From Pirellula staleyi DSM 6068 (GTDB taxonomy: Bacteria > Planctomycetota > Planctomycetia > Pirellulales > Pirellulaceae): 32,000 bases of DNA. Where the stretch lies: NCBI GenBank assembly GCA_000025185.1, contig CP001848.1, positions 2,790,001 to 2,822,000 on the forward strand, written 5' to 3'. Each line of letters begins with the position of its first letter. The stretch's first letter is position 1. The translations under genes were made by a program, and so were the position numbers. Below the pieces are notes generated by a model. That model saw only the letters and a list, made by a program, of their open reading frames with translations. It was not told where the DNA came from and ran no database searches. Of the stretch, positions 1 to 8,501 are shown piece after piece.

Positions 1-407
1 AGCTGAATCAAACCGTTGGCCAAGCACTACTTACGCCGACAGTGATCTACGCCAAACCCGTTCGCAAAATCCTGGCCTACTATCGTGGGCGCAACGTTTT
101 GCACGGCATCGCCCATATCACAGGTGGTGGTTTAGCCGACAATCTCGAACGCATTCTTCCCGAGGGTTCTCGCGTCGAGATCGACCCCACAAGTTGGACC
201 ATTCCACCCATTTTCACCTGGCTGCAAGGTCTTGGTGGCATTGAAGATGCCGAGATGGCCAAGGTCTTTAACATGGGGATCGGGCTCGTCCTGGTTTTCA
301 ATCCTCGCTACGAAAACGCGATCCGCCGCCAACTCGAAGATCACAACCTCTCCAGTTGGAAGATTGGTGAAGTGGTTGCCGGTGAAAAAGCGGTGGTGAT
401 GAAGTAG
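1..407 (+). CDS. purM: Phosphoribosylformylglycinamidine cyclo-ligase (AIR synthase, PurM), C-terminal fragment; the 5' end lies outside the window
   Basis: Frame 3 is open from nt 3 to the TAG at 405-407. The translation (LNQTVGQALLTPTVIYAKPV...HGIAHITGGGLADNLERILP...MAKVFNMGIGLVLV) matches the conserved PurM C-terminal domain as I recall it from E. coli PurM (LLAPTRIYVK, AHLTGGG, FNCGVGM). Confidence 0.9.
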   Translation, partial: LNQTVGQALLTPTVIYAKPVRKILAYYRGRNVLHGIAHITGGGLADNLERILPEGSRVEIDPTSWTIPPIFTWLQGLGGIEDAEMAKVFNMGIGLVLVFNPRYENAIRRQLEDHNLSSWKIGEVVAGEKAVVMK

Positions 408-621
408 TCGGCTCGGCCAAAGGCATGGCCGGAATCAAGACAGGCAACTGGTCGGGCACCCATCGGTGCTGCTTGATTGCTGCTGTTGCTATCTTGCAAA
501 CCTTTGAAATTGCAAAGCCCTCGCCGTTTTTTCGCTAGTTTCGCCTCGACAATTTCTGCGTTCGCGACGTAGGATGCACCATACCTGGAATGTGTAACGG
601 CTATGGCTTAGGTGCAGATTG

Positions 622-2280
622 ATGTCGAGGCGAGTAATTATTGCGCAGATGGCAGCCACGATTGTGGCTTTAGTGGGATTTAATTCCCCGCTCGTTGCCG
701 TCGAAGCTGAATTACCCAAGTCAACCGCTGCACAGAACGCCGACCCCCAGGCTACGGAAAAAGTACTTCAAAGTCTCGTCGCCGATCTTTCGCACGAGGA
801 CTATACGCGTCGCGAAACAGCCTCGCGTGCACTTGCCGACGCTGGTTTGCCAGCTATCAAGCTCGTCGCCAGCAAAATCATGGCAGGAGATGCTGAGTCA
901 TCTTGGCGAGCCAGCCGAGTTCTCGAAAACATTGCGATGCAAGGTGACGAAGCGGCCCTAGCAGAGGTCTCGCGCGTTCTGGCCGAGATCCAGTCGCAGG
1001 GCAAAACGGCTGTCAGTGGACTTCTGAGCGATTTGCGAAAGCGTCGCGCCAAACTCCGCCACGATCGCTCGCTCGCCGAACTACGTTCACTCGGTGCCAA
1101 AATCTCGGGCGACGGCGACCAGCAAGTCATGCTCGAAGCCGAAGCTGCCGATGGCGGTGCCGTCCTGGTAGAAGTCGTCGCTGACGGCGTTCGGATGATG
1201 ATTGCCGAGGCGGTAGAAGTTCGAGCCGCAGAAGTTGCCGTCAAAGAATTGGCTCCTGAAGCTCCTAAGTTTCGAGAGCGAGAAGCTTTCGATGGTCCGG
1301 TCGAACTCGAAGAACTTAAGGCCGATCTTCATCGCCTCGCTGAAGAAAATTCCGAAGGAGCTCCGGCGAACGGAGCAGCTGTCGAGGCTGCCGAACTCGC
1401 GGTCGAACTTGTTCCAGCTGATGCTCCTCCGCAGGACATTGAAGCTGCACCTGCTCCCCCCGAACTTGCCCCGCTGGCCGACCTCGACGATCTCGAGGCA
1501 CTTCCTGAACTTCCCCCCGAACCGATTGTGGCAGTCGAAGCCGACGCGCTTGATGCCGTCGAAGCAGGAATCGATTTTCTCCCCGCTCTCGATTTCGCTT
1601 TCGTCGCCGATCCTGGCTTCGATGTGCTCCTCGAAGATGTCATCGATGGAGTTGCTTACCGCGAAGCACTCATCGACAGCTCTTGGCGTGGAAGTGACGA
1701 AGGGCTCGCACTTTTCGCCGATGTTCCCGAAGTAAAGTCGCTGCGAATCGAAAGCACCAAGCTCTCTGAGCGTGGTATGGAAATTCTGGCTCGCAGCACC
1801 AAGCTGGCAGAACTGCACGTGAAGAAGGTCGACCTGACAGTCGCCGCTCTCGAGAAAGTGCGAAAAGCTCAGCCTGAATGCGTCGTCTACGCCGTGGGGC
1901 CTGCGATGATTGGGATCAATGCCGAGCCCAAGCAATCACCCTGCATTTTGACGAGCGTCTTTTTTGGTAGCGGGGCCTATGAAGCAGGTCTTGCTGAAGG
2001 GGACGAGATCACCCACATCGACGGTCGCGAGATCAAGGGCTTTAGCGATGTCACAATCTCGGTCTATCATCGCCAGCCCGGCGAAACCCTCAAGGTGAAC
2101 TACCTGCGCGGTGGCAAGCCCCTGGTTGCTGAAGTGAAGCTAAAGCCTCGCGATGCGCTCGTCTTGGCTGCACCAGCTGAAATGATGCCAGCGCTTCCGC
2201 CAGTGGCCCTGCCGATTATCGGTGGGCCCATCATCCTCGAAGAGGAAGAAGAAAAACTCAGCATCGAGCTCGACGAGTAA
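622..2280 (+). CDS. Secreted or membrane-anchored protein with a C-terminal PDZ domain; also HEAT-like N-terminal repeats, a long acidic Glu/Ala/Pro linker and an LRR-like segment
   Basis: ATG at 622 is preceded by AGGTG with a 7-nt spacer. The N-terminus has a hydrophobic signal/anchor (IIAQMAATIVALVGF). The C-terminus reads GLAEGDEITHIDGREIKGFSDVTISVYHRQPGETLKVNYLRGGKPLVAEVKLKP, a typical PDZ pattern. Confidence 0.65.
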   Translation: MSRRVIIAQMAATIVALVGFNSPLVAVEAELPKSTAAQNADPQATEKVLQSLVADLSHEDYTRRETASRALADAGLPAIKLVASKIMAGDAESSWRASRVLENIAMQGDEAALAEVSRVLAEIQSQGKTAVSGLLSDLRKRRAKLRHDRSLAELRSLGAKISGDGDQQVMLEAEAADGGAVLVEVVADGVRMMIAEAVEVRAAEVAVKELAPEAPKFREREAFDGPVELEELKADLHRLAEENSEGAPANGAAVEAAELAVELVPADAPPQDIEAAPAPPELAPLADLDDLEALPELPPEPIVAVEADALDAVEAGIDFLPALDFAFVADPGFDVLLEDVIDGVAYREALIDSSWRGSDEGLALFADVPEVKSLRIESTKLSERGMEILARSTKLAELHVKKVDLTVAALEKVRKAQPECVVYAVGPAMIGINAEPKQSPCILTSVFFGSGAYEAGLAEGDEITHIDGREIKGFSDVTISVYHRQPGETLKVNYLRGGKPLVAEVKLKPRDALVLAAPAEMMPALPPVALPIIGGPIILEEEEEKLSIELDE

Positions 2281-2283
2281 AGC

Positions 2284-3522
2284 TCACTGCTGCTTCGGCT
2301 CAATCGCACTACGGTCTCCGACACGCACGCGGATCGTCATCTTCTTACCACTCCGCAGCAGTAGCACCTCGACTTCGTCGTTCACCGGTGTCAGGCTCAC
2401 CAGATTGATCAGGTGATTGTCATCTTCGATGCGGAGTCCATCAAAGTGCGTGATCACATCGCCGATTTCGATCTCGGAAGCTTCAGCGGGTGAGCCGGGA
2501 GTGATGCCGGTGACTTTCGCACCCTCGATGCGCGATAGTCCTGCAGCGCGGGCAGCTTCGAGTGTAAAGCTGCTGTCGAGTCGCACACCGAGATAAGCGC
2601 GGGTCACGGTCCCGCGCTCAATCAACTGCTTAGCCACCACCATCACCATGTTCATGGGAATCGCGAAACCGATTCCCTCACTGCCACCACTGCTGCTGGC
2701 AATGGCGGTGTTGATCCCAATCACTTCACCGCGCAAGTTCAGCAAGGGGCCGCCACTATTGCCCGGGTTGATCGCCGCGTCGGTCTGGAGGAAATCCTGG
2801 AACCGTACGCCGTCGTCTCCGAGTTGCAAATCTCGTCGTCCTTTCGCACTCACAATGCCGTACGTCACGCTATGGCTGAGGCCAAAGGGACTCCCGACCG
2901 CGAGCACAAAATCTCCAATGTCTAGTTTGCGACTATCTCCCAGTTTGGCTGGCAACAGGGTGTCGCTTGTCACCGCCAGGATGGCAATATCGGTCTCGGG
3001 ATCGGTCCAAACCTGCGTCGGACGAATCTCGACTCCATCGGCCTGTTTGATCTTAATCAGCGAGAGGCTCGAGCCTTTGATCACATGTCGATTGGTGATG
3101 ACATACAGACGTTCGTCGTGCTCGATCACCACGCCGCTGCCAGCTTCATCGATGCTTCGATCCGCGCGTCCCGCAACCTCTTGTCGCGCTTCGATATGCA
3201 CCACCGTCGGTGTGATGAGCTTCACTACCCGCTTGATGAGGTTATAGTGCCGCTCGAGTTCTTCCGCTTCGGAGGCAATCGAAGCGTACTCGGCTTCTCG
3301 CATGCTAGATGTCGAGCTCGTGGCATCGGAGAGTGATGCTTTGGCTACCGACGTCGGCCGAGCTGGAAATTCCACTTGCGACGGAAAATCTGTCGGCGGA
3401 TCGGCCCACGCAATCGTCGCCGAAAGCGAGAGAGGAATCGCAACGATCGAGCGCAGCAGCAGTTGTCGCTGCTGATTGATGCACTGCCAAAACCGACGAT
3501 TCCCGCGACGTTGTTGCAACAT
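2284..3522 (-). CDS. HtrA/DegP-family periplasmic serine endoprotease (trypsin-like domain plus PDZ)
   Basis: Catalytic-triad contexts are present: ITNRHVI (His), ETDIAIL (Asp), GNSGGPLLNL (Ser). A C-terminal PDZ follows (GAKVTGITPGSPAEASEIEIGDVITHFDG). I moved the start to the ATG at 3522 because MLQQRRGNRR...IVAIPLSLSATIAWA looks like a signal peptide. The track ORF extends to 3657. Confidence 0.88.
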   Translation of the reverse strand: MLQQRRGNRRFWQCINQQRQLLLRSIVAIPLSLSATIAWADPPTDFPSQVEFPARPTSVAKASLSDATSSTSSMREAEYASIASEAEELERHYNLIKRVVKLITPTVVHIEARQEVAGRADRSIDEAGSGVVIEHDERLYVITNRHVIKGSSLSLIKIKQADGVEIRPTQVWTDPETDIAILAVTSDTLLPAKLGDSRKLDIGDFVLAVGSPFGLSHSVTYGIVSAKGRRDLQLGDDGVRFQDFLQTDAAINPGNSGGPLLNLRGEVIGINTAIASSSGGSEGIGFAIPMNMVMVVAKQLIERGTVTRAYLGVRLDSSFTLEAARAAGLSRIEGAKVTGITPGSPAEASEIEIGDVITHFDGLRIEDDNHLINLVSLTPVNDEVEVLLLRSGKKMTIRVRVGDRSAIEPKQQ

Positions 3523-3732
3523 GGAACCAGAATCCCAAGCTCGAGAATGGTGTGCTCGAAAGAAATAGCTGAACGAAACAGCCGAGCGCAGTAGCGCCGA
3601 GCTTTCGTTCCGGCAGATCATCCACGAGAGAGGAAGGAGGATCTCTGGCGTATGCAATGCCCCTCGAGCACAGGCCTATCCATGTGCCCGGGGTGACATC
3701 ACTAGCGGGAGATCAGCAAACTCGGCGGTTGA

Positions 3733-4179
3733 CTACGACACATCCATCTCGATGTCGCTTGACGAGAGATCGCTATCCGACACGTTGTCGAGAATGCGTC
3801 CCCAGTCCTTCGGTCCGCTCGGCACATCGCCATTCTTTTCTGCTTCGCGTTGGCACTTAATGCACATCACGGCGTAGGGCAGAGCTTGCAGGCGGAGGAG
3901 TGGAATCGGTTCGTTGCAACCTTCGCAGGCACCATAGTTGCCCGAACGCATGCGCTCGAGGGCCGTGTCGATGTGAGCCAGCTCGCGGCTTTCGACTTCC
4001 GCAAGTTGCGAGTTGATCTCGTCTTGAGCGGTGTCCATGGCGGCGTCCATCACGTCGCCGGAAGTTTGTTGGCGAAGTTCCTTGAGCGAACTCAAGTCGC
4101 CCGCGAGAGCCCGTCGCAACGCATCGCGGCGACGAATGAGGATCTCACGCAAATTGGACATGGCATCTTTACGCGTCAT
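3733..4179 (-). CDS. DksA/TraR-family C4-type zinc-finger protein
   Basis: CEGCNEPIPLLRLQALPYAVMCIKC is a CxxC-x17-CxxC finger, and a coiled-coil region lies upstream of it. The ATG at 4179 is preceded by GAGG with a 7-nt spacer. Confidence 0.8.
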   Translation of the reverse strand: MTRKDAMSNLREILIRRRDALRRALAGDLSSLKELRQQTSGDVMDAAMDTAQDEINSQLAEVESRELAHIDTALERMRSGNYGACEGCNEPIPLLRLQALPYAVMCIKCQREAEKNGDVPSGPKDWGRILDNVSDSDLSSSDIEMDVS

Positions 4180-4412
4180 GGTTGTGCCTCGCTCGCCAAC
4201 ACTCACCTAGTGCCAAGTGCCGCCCTCGGCATGGTGTCAGTGGTTGGCTGTCGAATGGAGAAATACAAAAATCGCCCGCTTGCCCATCAATCGACGTTCC
4301 CGCACGTGATTGCTGCTTTCACTACCTCGCCAAAGGTCGGGCCGAGAGTTACCCCTCAGCCGATTCAGGCGAAGTGCCCCGCTAGTTCAGCATCTGTCGG
4401 ATAAAGTCGGCC

Positions 4413-4589
4413 TCAGCTCCGCAGCATTCCGCCGTGGAACACTTTGAAACCTGTTGGCTGGCTTATCGCTCGTCGTGATTTGTCAGAAGCAAACAAGCGA
4501 TCTTGCTCATTTGCCGCACGCTGATAATCGGCACAATCGGCCGGCCAGTAGAGCGGAAAATCGGCATAACCGGCAAATTCTGCCGACAT
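4413..4589 (-). CDS. Possible small hypothetical protein (58 aa), upstream of and co-oriented with the DksA-like gene
   Basis: This is the 3' part of track ORF 4413..4943. From the ATG at 4589 it reads MSAEFAGYADFPLYWPADCADYQRAANEQDRLF..., with coding-like codon choice (gcc/gat/ccg). There is no clear SD and I recognise no family. Confidence 0.25.
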   Translation of the reverse strand: MSAEFAGYADFPLYWPADCADYQRAANEQDRLFASDKSRRAISQPTGFKVFHGGMLRS

Positions 4590-4748
4590 TGCCAAACCAG
4601 CGCTGCTCGGAAGGTCCCAGAGAGCCGTTGCGTTTTGACAACATCGATCCAGCGAGCTAAATGCCAGCAGGCGATTGGTAGCGCGACTTCCCGGCGGGCA
4701 TGTGATCTGCCGTAGAAGGGGCGACCTAAACGCGAGGCTTTTTTCAAG

Positions 4749-7700
4749 ATGCTCACCTCTGCCAACTTCGGTTCGAACTCTGCTAGCACCTTGCTCGGTC
4801 CCCCTGCAGCCGAACTTCTTTTGCGTGTGCGACATCCTCAGCACGATGGTCACGTCATCCGGCTGCGCTCGAGCAAATGCACCATCGGATCTGCTGAAGG
4901 TTGCACCCTGCGCCTCCGAGCACCAGGAATTCGACCCCTGCATGCCTGGATCTTACGAAGCGGTGCTAGCAGCGTGCTGATCTGTAAGACACCCGACGTG
5001 CAGCTGAATGGCCGAGCTGTTCTCGAAGCTGTGATAGCGGCTGGTGACACACTGAAGATTGGCCGGATCGAGCTCGAAGTGCTAGCTAGTGAAGTGGCTG
5101 CGTCGCCGCGCGAACTTCCTTCACCACAGCCGCTCCCTCCAGCATTTGCCGCAGCTGTAGCACGCGCTGATCGCTCGCGACTCAAACGAGTGCTTGATGT
5201 AGCACGTCAGCTGAAGAGTTCGGTGACCAGCGAAAAGTCGCGTATCGAATCTCGCGACACTGATCTGGCCCAGCTTCGCTCGCATGTTCATACGGCACTG
5301 ACGCAGCTCACCGAGTCACAAAAACAACACGCCGCTGATCAATCGACTTGGAACGAAGAGCGTCAGCAGCTGCGCACTACATTACGAAACCTCGAAACGT
5401 CGCTTGGGGATGCCCGCACGCAGAATTCACTGTTGCGCGAGCAAATGACCGAAGCGCAGCGTCGCGCAGAAGAGGCTCTTCAGAAACTCACGGCCCACGA
5501 TGCCTCGCGCGAACAGCAGTTGACGCAGACACGCAGTGAATTGTCGCAGCTGGCTCTACAGTCGCAAAAGTTCGCGACCGAACGGGCTGAGCTTCAAAAA
5601 CAGGCTGATTCTTTGCAGCAAGAGCTTTCGCGTGCCCGCTGCGAATCAGTGGAGCACACCACCGAGCTCAGCCAACTCGTGAGTAGTCTTCGATTGCAGC
5701 TGGAATCGGCACTTGCCCAGCAAGGCTCGCAGGCCGACGCCACGGAAGTACAGCTGCAAGAGTTACGCAGAAATCTCGCTCTCACACAGCAGCAGTTGGC
5801 TTCTCGCGACGAGCAAATTGCATTGCTGCAAGAAGAGCTGGAAAGCTCACGCGGCTCGATGATGACGCAGCAGTTCCTCCCCGCTGTCCCTACGCCTGAA
5901 GTCGAGAGCGAAGAACTTTTGCAGCTCCGCCAACAGCTCGAGCACATGAGCCTCGAGCGCGATACGCAGTCGCAGCGTGCCAGTGCGACCGAAGAAGAGC
6001 TGCGCGATGCTCGTCAGCGTGCTGCTGAACTTGAAGATCGTATCGAACTCCTCGAGAACCGCTTGGCTTCGGCCGAGCAAGAGCATCTCGAACTGCTCGA
6101 AGCTCAGCAGCAAGCCGCGCATTCTCCTGTCGAATCGGTGATCCCAGCAGGTCTGGCTTGCACACTGCCTGCTTCAGAAGTCGACCCTGACACCGTGGCA
6201 CGTGAAGCAGAACTCGTGCAGCTGCGCATGCAACTTACCGAAACTGCGGAACAGGTTGCGCAGCTTGAGTCGCAGCTCGAAGCCCAGTTGCAAGCTCGAC
6301 GCATCGATCGCGAAGAGGCCGAAGCACGGCTCGAGCAGCTGATGGCAGCTCATCGTGAAAGTGACGCAGAGGCTCAGCGAGTGCTTGAAGAGCTTCGCGC
6401 TCAGCTGATCGATGCGCAAACCGAACAAGCAAATGTGACGGCCGAATTGACACAGAGGCTGCTATCGACGGAAGCCACTGCGGAACTGCTCCGGACCAAG
6501 CTTGCCGATGCCGAGCATGAACTGGCTGCCCGCGCTGCTGCTGAAATTGCCAGCGAGCATGCCGCACCTGCGATCTCGCATCGATCGTCCGAGGTCGACT
6601 CGGTGATGATGACTGCCCCACTCTCGAGCCTAGATCTCGATTCGATTCGTTCACCTCAAGCGGTTGACGAGTTCCATGGTCTTTCGAGCACTTGGCAGTT
6701 TCCCACACGTGGTCCCGTCAGCGATGCTGACGATCATCATGCATGGCAGGATGAAGTCGCTGCGGCTGAATCGTCGGAGATGACTCAGCCAGAAGCTCTC
6801 GATGTGCCAGCCGAGAATCCCTGTGTCACCATGCCATGTCCACCAAATCTGGCTCACGAGGCTGCTTCTGGGAATATGAATTCCGAAATGGAATCAGAAG
6901 TCGACGCCGAAACACCAGCCCAAGATGTCGAGAGTGTCCTGGCTCGTCTGATGAATAGTGGCGTGTGGAAGTCGGATGCGATCGATTCACCAGCTCAGCC
7001 GCAGGTCGCGGAGTCACTGGAGACACAGCATCTACCACCTGTCGAAGAAGAGCCCTCTGTCGATAACTTCTTTGCTGCACATAGGGGGGAGGTTCTCGAA
7101 GCCGAGCATCAGGTCGACTCTGCTGGCGAAGAGGCTCTCCCCAAAAGTTCGATCACCGACGAATCGCTTCACAACGAAGCACACAGTTTACGAGCGCAAT
7201 TTTTCGGAAGTGACGTCGAGGAATCGCTAGAAAACAGGCCGTTTTCGCAGCATGAAGGAGCCGGGCTCCATCAGCCGATTTCGACAGGCACCGATGAGTT
7301 TGGGCCATCGTCGTCGATCGCACCGGTGGTGCCAGGATTGGATCGCGAGGAGAGCATCGAGGCCGAAGTACCAGTTGAAATGGTGCAGCAGCGCCCCGCT
7401 TCGAACGATTCGTGGCGGAATCGACTGCTCGAACTTCAGCGAGAAGATGATGAGGAGGCTGAGCGCACGGCGCGGGGACTACCCTCGTTGACTCCATCTG
7501 TAGCTCCAGCGCCGTTGGCGTCCCACGATCTTCCAAGCCTTGCGCCACAGACATCACCTGCAAAGACGGGTGGTGGTCCGGGTGACGAAGATGAATCGAT
7601 CGAAGACTACATGGCACGACTTCTTAAGCGGGTGCGTGGCGACGGTGGCAACGAACCTCAAACGGCCAGCAAGTTTAAACCTGCTGCCACACCAACTCCA

Positions 7701-8141
7701 GTTGCTGCTCCAATCGCTGCGACAGCGCCGATCGAACCTGTGCTGCCGATTACCTCGGAAGAATTTATTCCCCGATGTGCCGCTCCCGAACAAACGTGTG
7801 ACCTTGCAGCGATGCGCGAACTAGCAAACAGTGCTGCGCGAAGTGCAATCAGTTCGCATGCCAAGAAGAGTCGCGGTCAAACAGGGCGCTCACGGCTCTG
7901 GCTCACCGCTGTTGCCGGTGCGATGGCTGTAGGCTGCATCGCTTGGGGCGCTCTCAGCGCATCGCTCTTGTTTATCGGAGCTGGCCTTGGCTGCCTGCTC
8001 CTCACAGGCATTTTGGGGGCTTCATCGTTCGTGGGTGTGATCGACAAAATGCGATTGCCACCTCCCAGTGTAGCGAAGCATGAAGCCAAGCCAGCGCTTA
8101 TCGATAAACTCACAGAAACTGACGAAATCCCCACGAAATAG
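4749..8141 (+). CDS. Large FHA-domain protein with a long coiled coil, an acidic disordered region and C-terminal transmembrane helices
   Basis: The N-terminus (VIRLRSSKCTIGSAEGCTLRL...LHAWILRSG...VQLNGRAVLEAVIAAGDTLKIGRIELEV) has an FHA-like pattern. About 450 aa of heptad-like Q/E/L/R/A-rich sequence follows, then a D/E/S/P-rich region. The tail LWLTAVAGAMAVGCIAWGALSASLLFIGAGLGCLLLTGILGASSFVGVI looks like two TM helices. Confidence 0.75.
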   Translation: MLTSANFGSNSASTLLGPPAAELLLRVRHPQHDGHVIRLRSSKCTIGSAEGCTLRLRAPGIRPLHAWILRSGASSVLICKTPDVQLNGRAVLEAVIAAGDTLKIGRIELEVLASEVAASPRELPSPQPLPPAFAAAVARADRSRLKRVLDVARQLKSSVTSEKSRIESRDTDLAQLRSHVHTALTQLTESQKQHAADQSTWNEERQQLRTTLRNLETSLGDARTQNSLLREQMTEAQRRAEEALQKLTAHDASREQQLTQTRSELSQLALQSQKFATERAELQKQADSLQQELSRARCESVEHTTELSQLVSSLRLQLESALAQQGSQADATEVQLQELRRNLALTQQQLASRDEQIALLQEELESSRGSMMTQQFLPAVPTPEVESEELLQLRQQLEHMSLERDTQSQRASATEEELRDARQRAAELEDRIELLENRLASAEQEHLELLEAQQQAAHSPVESVIPAGLACTLPASEVDPDTVAREAELVQLRMQLTETAEQVAQLESQLEAQLQARRIDREEAEARLEQLMAAHRESDAEAQRVLEELRAQLIDAQTEQANVTAELTQRLLSTEATAELLRTKLADAEHELAARAAAEIASEHAAPAISHRSSEVDSVMMTAPLSSLDLDSIRSPQAVDEFHGLSSTWQFPTRGPVSDADDHHAWQDEVAAAESSEMTQPEALDVPAENPCVTMPCPPNLAHEAASGNMNSEMESEVDAETPAQDVESVLARLMNSGVWKSDAIDSPAQPQVAESLETQHLPPVEEEPSVDNFFAAHRGEVLEAEHQVDSAGEEALPKSSITDESLHNEAHSLRAQFFGSDVEESLENRPFSQHEGAGLHQPISTGTDEFGPSSSIAPVVPGLDREESIEAEVPVEMVQQRPASNDSWRNRLLELQREDDEEAERTARGLPSLTPSVAPAPLASHDLPSLAPQTSPAKTGGGPGDEDESIEDYMARLLKRVRGDGGNEPQTASKFKPAATPTPVAAPIAATAPIEPVLPITSEEFIPRCAAPEQTCDLAAMRELANSAARSAISSHAKKSRGQTGRSRLWLTAVAGAMAVGCIAWGALSASLLFIGAGLGCLLLTGILGASSFVGVIDKMRLPPPSVAKHEAKPALIDKLTETDEIPTK

Positions 8142-8170
8142 CAGTATTTACGGGACACAAGAAAGCAATA

Positions 8171-8210
8171 GGGCCAGCCGATTCACTCAGGATCGGACTG
8201 GCCCTTTTTT
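8171..8210. terminator. Rho-independent terminator between convergent genes (strongest on the + strand)
   Basis: GGGCCAGCCGAT-tcactcagg-ATCGGaCTGGCCC forms a hairpin (8171-8204, one bulged A) followed by TTTTTT (8205-8210). It lies 30 nt after the FHA gene stop and about 30 nt beyond the stop of the minus-strand zinc-ribbon gene. Confidence 0.8.
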
Positions 8211-8238
8211 GTTGTCTAGGGATCTACAGCAGAGCCTG

Positions 8239-8475
8239 CTAAGCAGTTTTTCCCGTTCGTCCACACCAGGGACACGTGGGGAGCCCCTCCGGTGTGTCGC
8301 CTGCGTTCGGCTGATCCGATCGCCAAGCCTGCGTTACACGAATGCCGCAATCGGTGCACTTGTGTTCCCAGGCCATGACTCGCAAGTCGCCACGATCAAA
8401 ATCGTTGAAGCGACACATCACATCGCCAGTTTGGCACTTCTCGCACTTACCAGCTTTTTCGGTCGACGAGGCCAT
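8239..8475 (-). CDS. Small cysteine-rich (zinc-ribbon-like) hypothetical protein, 78 aa
   Basis: Three CxxC pairs are present: CEKC, CTDC, CPWC. The ATG at 8475 is preceded by AAGGA with a 6-nt spacer and lies only 26 nt downstream of the TIM-barrel gene stop, so it is probably co-transcribed. Confidence 0.6.
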   Translation of the reverse strand: MASSTEKAGKCEKCQTGDVMCRFNDFDRGDLRVMAWEHKCTDCGIRVTQAWRSDQPNAGDTPEGLPTCPWCGRTGKTA

Positions 8476-8501
8476 GGCTGATCCTTGCTGCAGGCAAAAC
8501 T

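Noticed and set aside
1087-1935. Long antisense or off-frame ORFs inside well-supported genes. Examples are 1087..1935(-), 6235..6708(-), 7153..7617(-), 12478..13359(+), 18362..18997(-), 21619..22197(+), 22822..23751(+), 23782..24525(+) and 27566..27856(-).
   Set aside because: Each lies entirely within a gene on the other strand or frame that has clear family motifs. Their translations are Arg/Ser/Ala/Cys-rich low-complexity strings typical of shadow frames in GC-rich DNA, and none shows a recognisable domain.
4413-4943. Full-length 176-aa minus-strand ORF overlapping the start of the FHA gene.
   Set aside because: The upstream two thirds overlap the FHA coding region and its promoter and translate to an implausible Arg/Cys/Ser-rich sequence. 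Only the last 58 codons were retained, as a low-confidence candidate.
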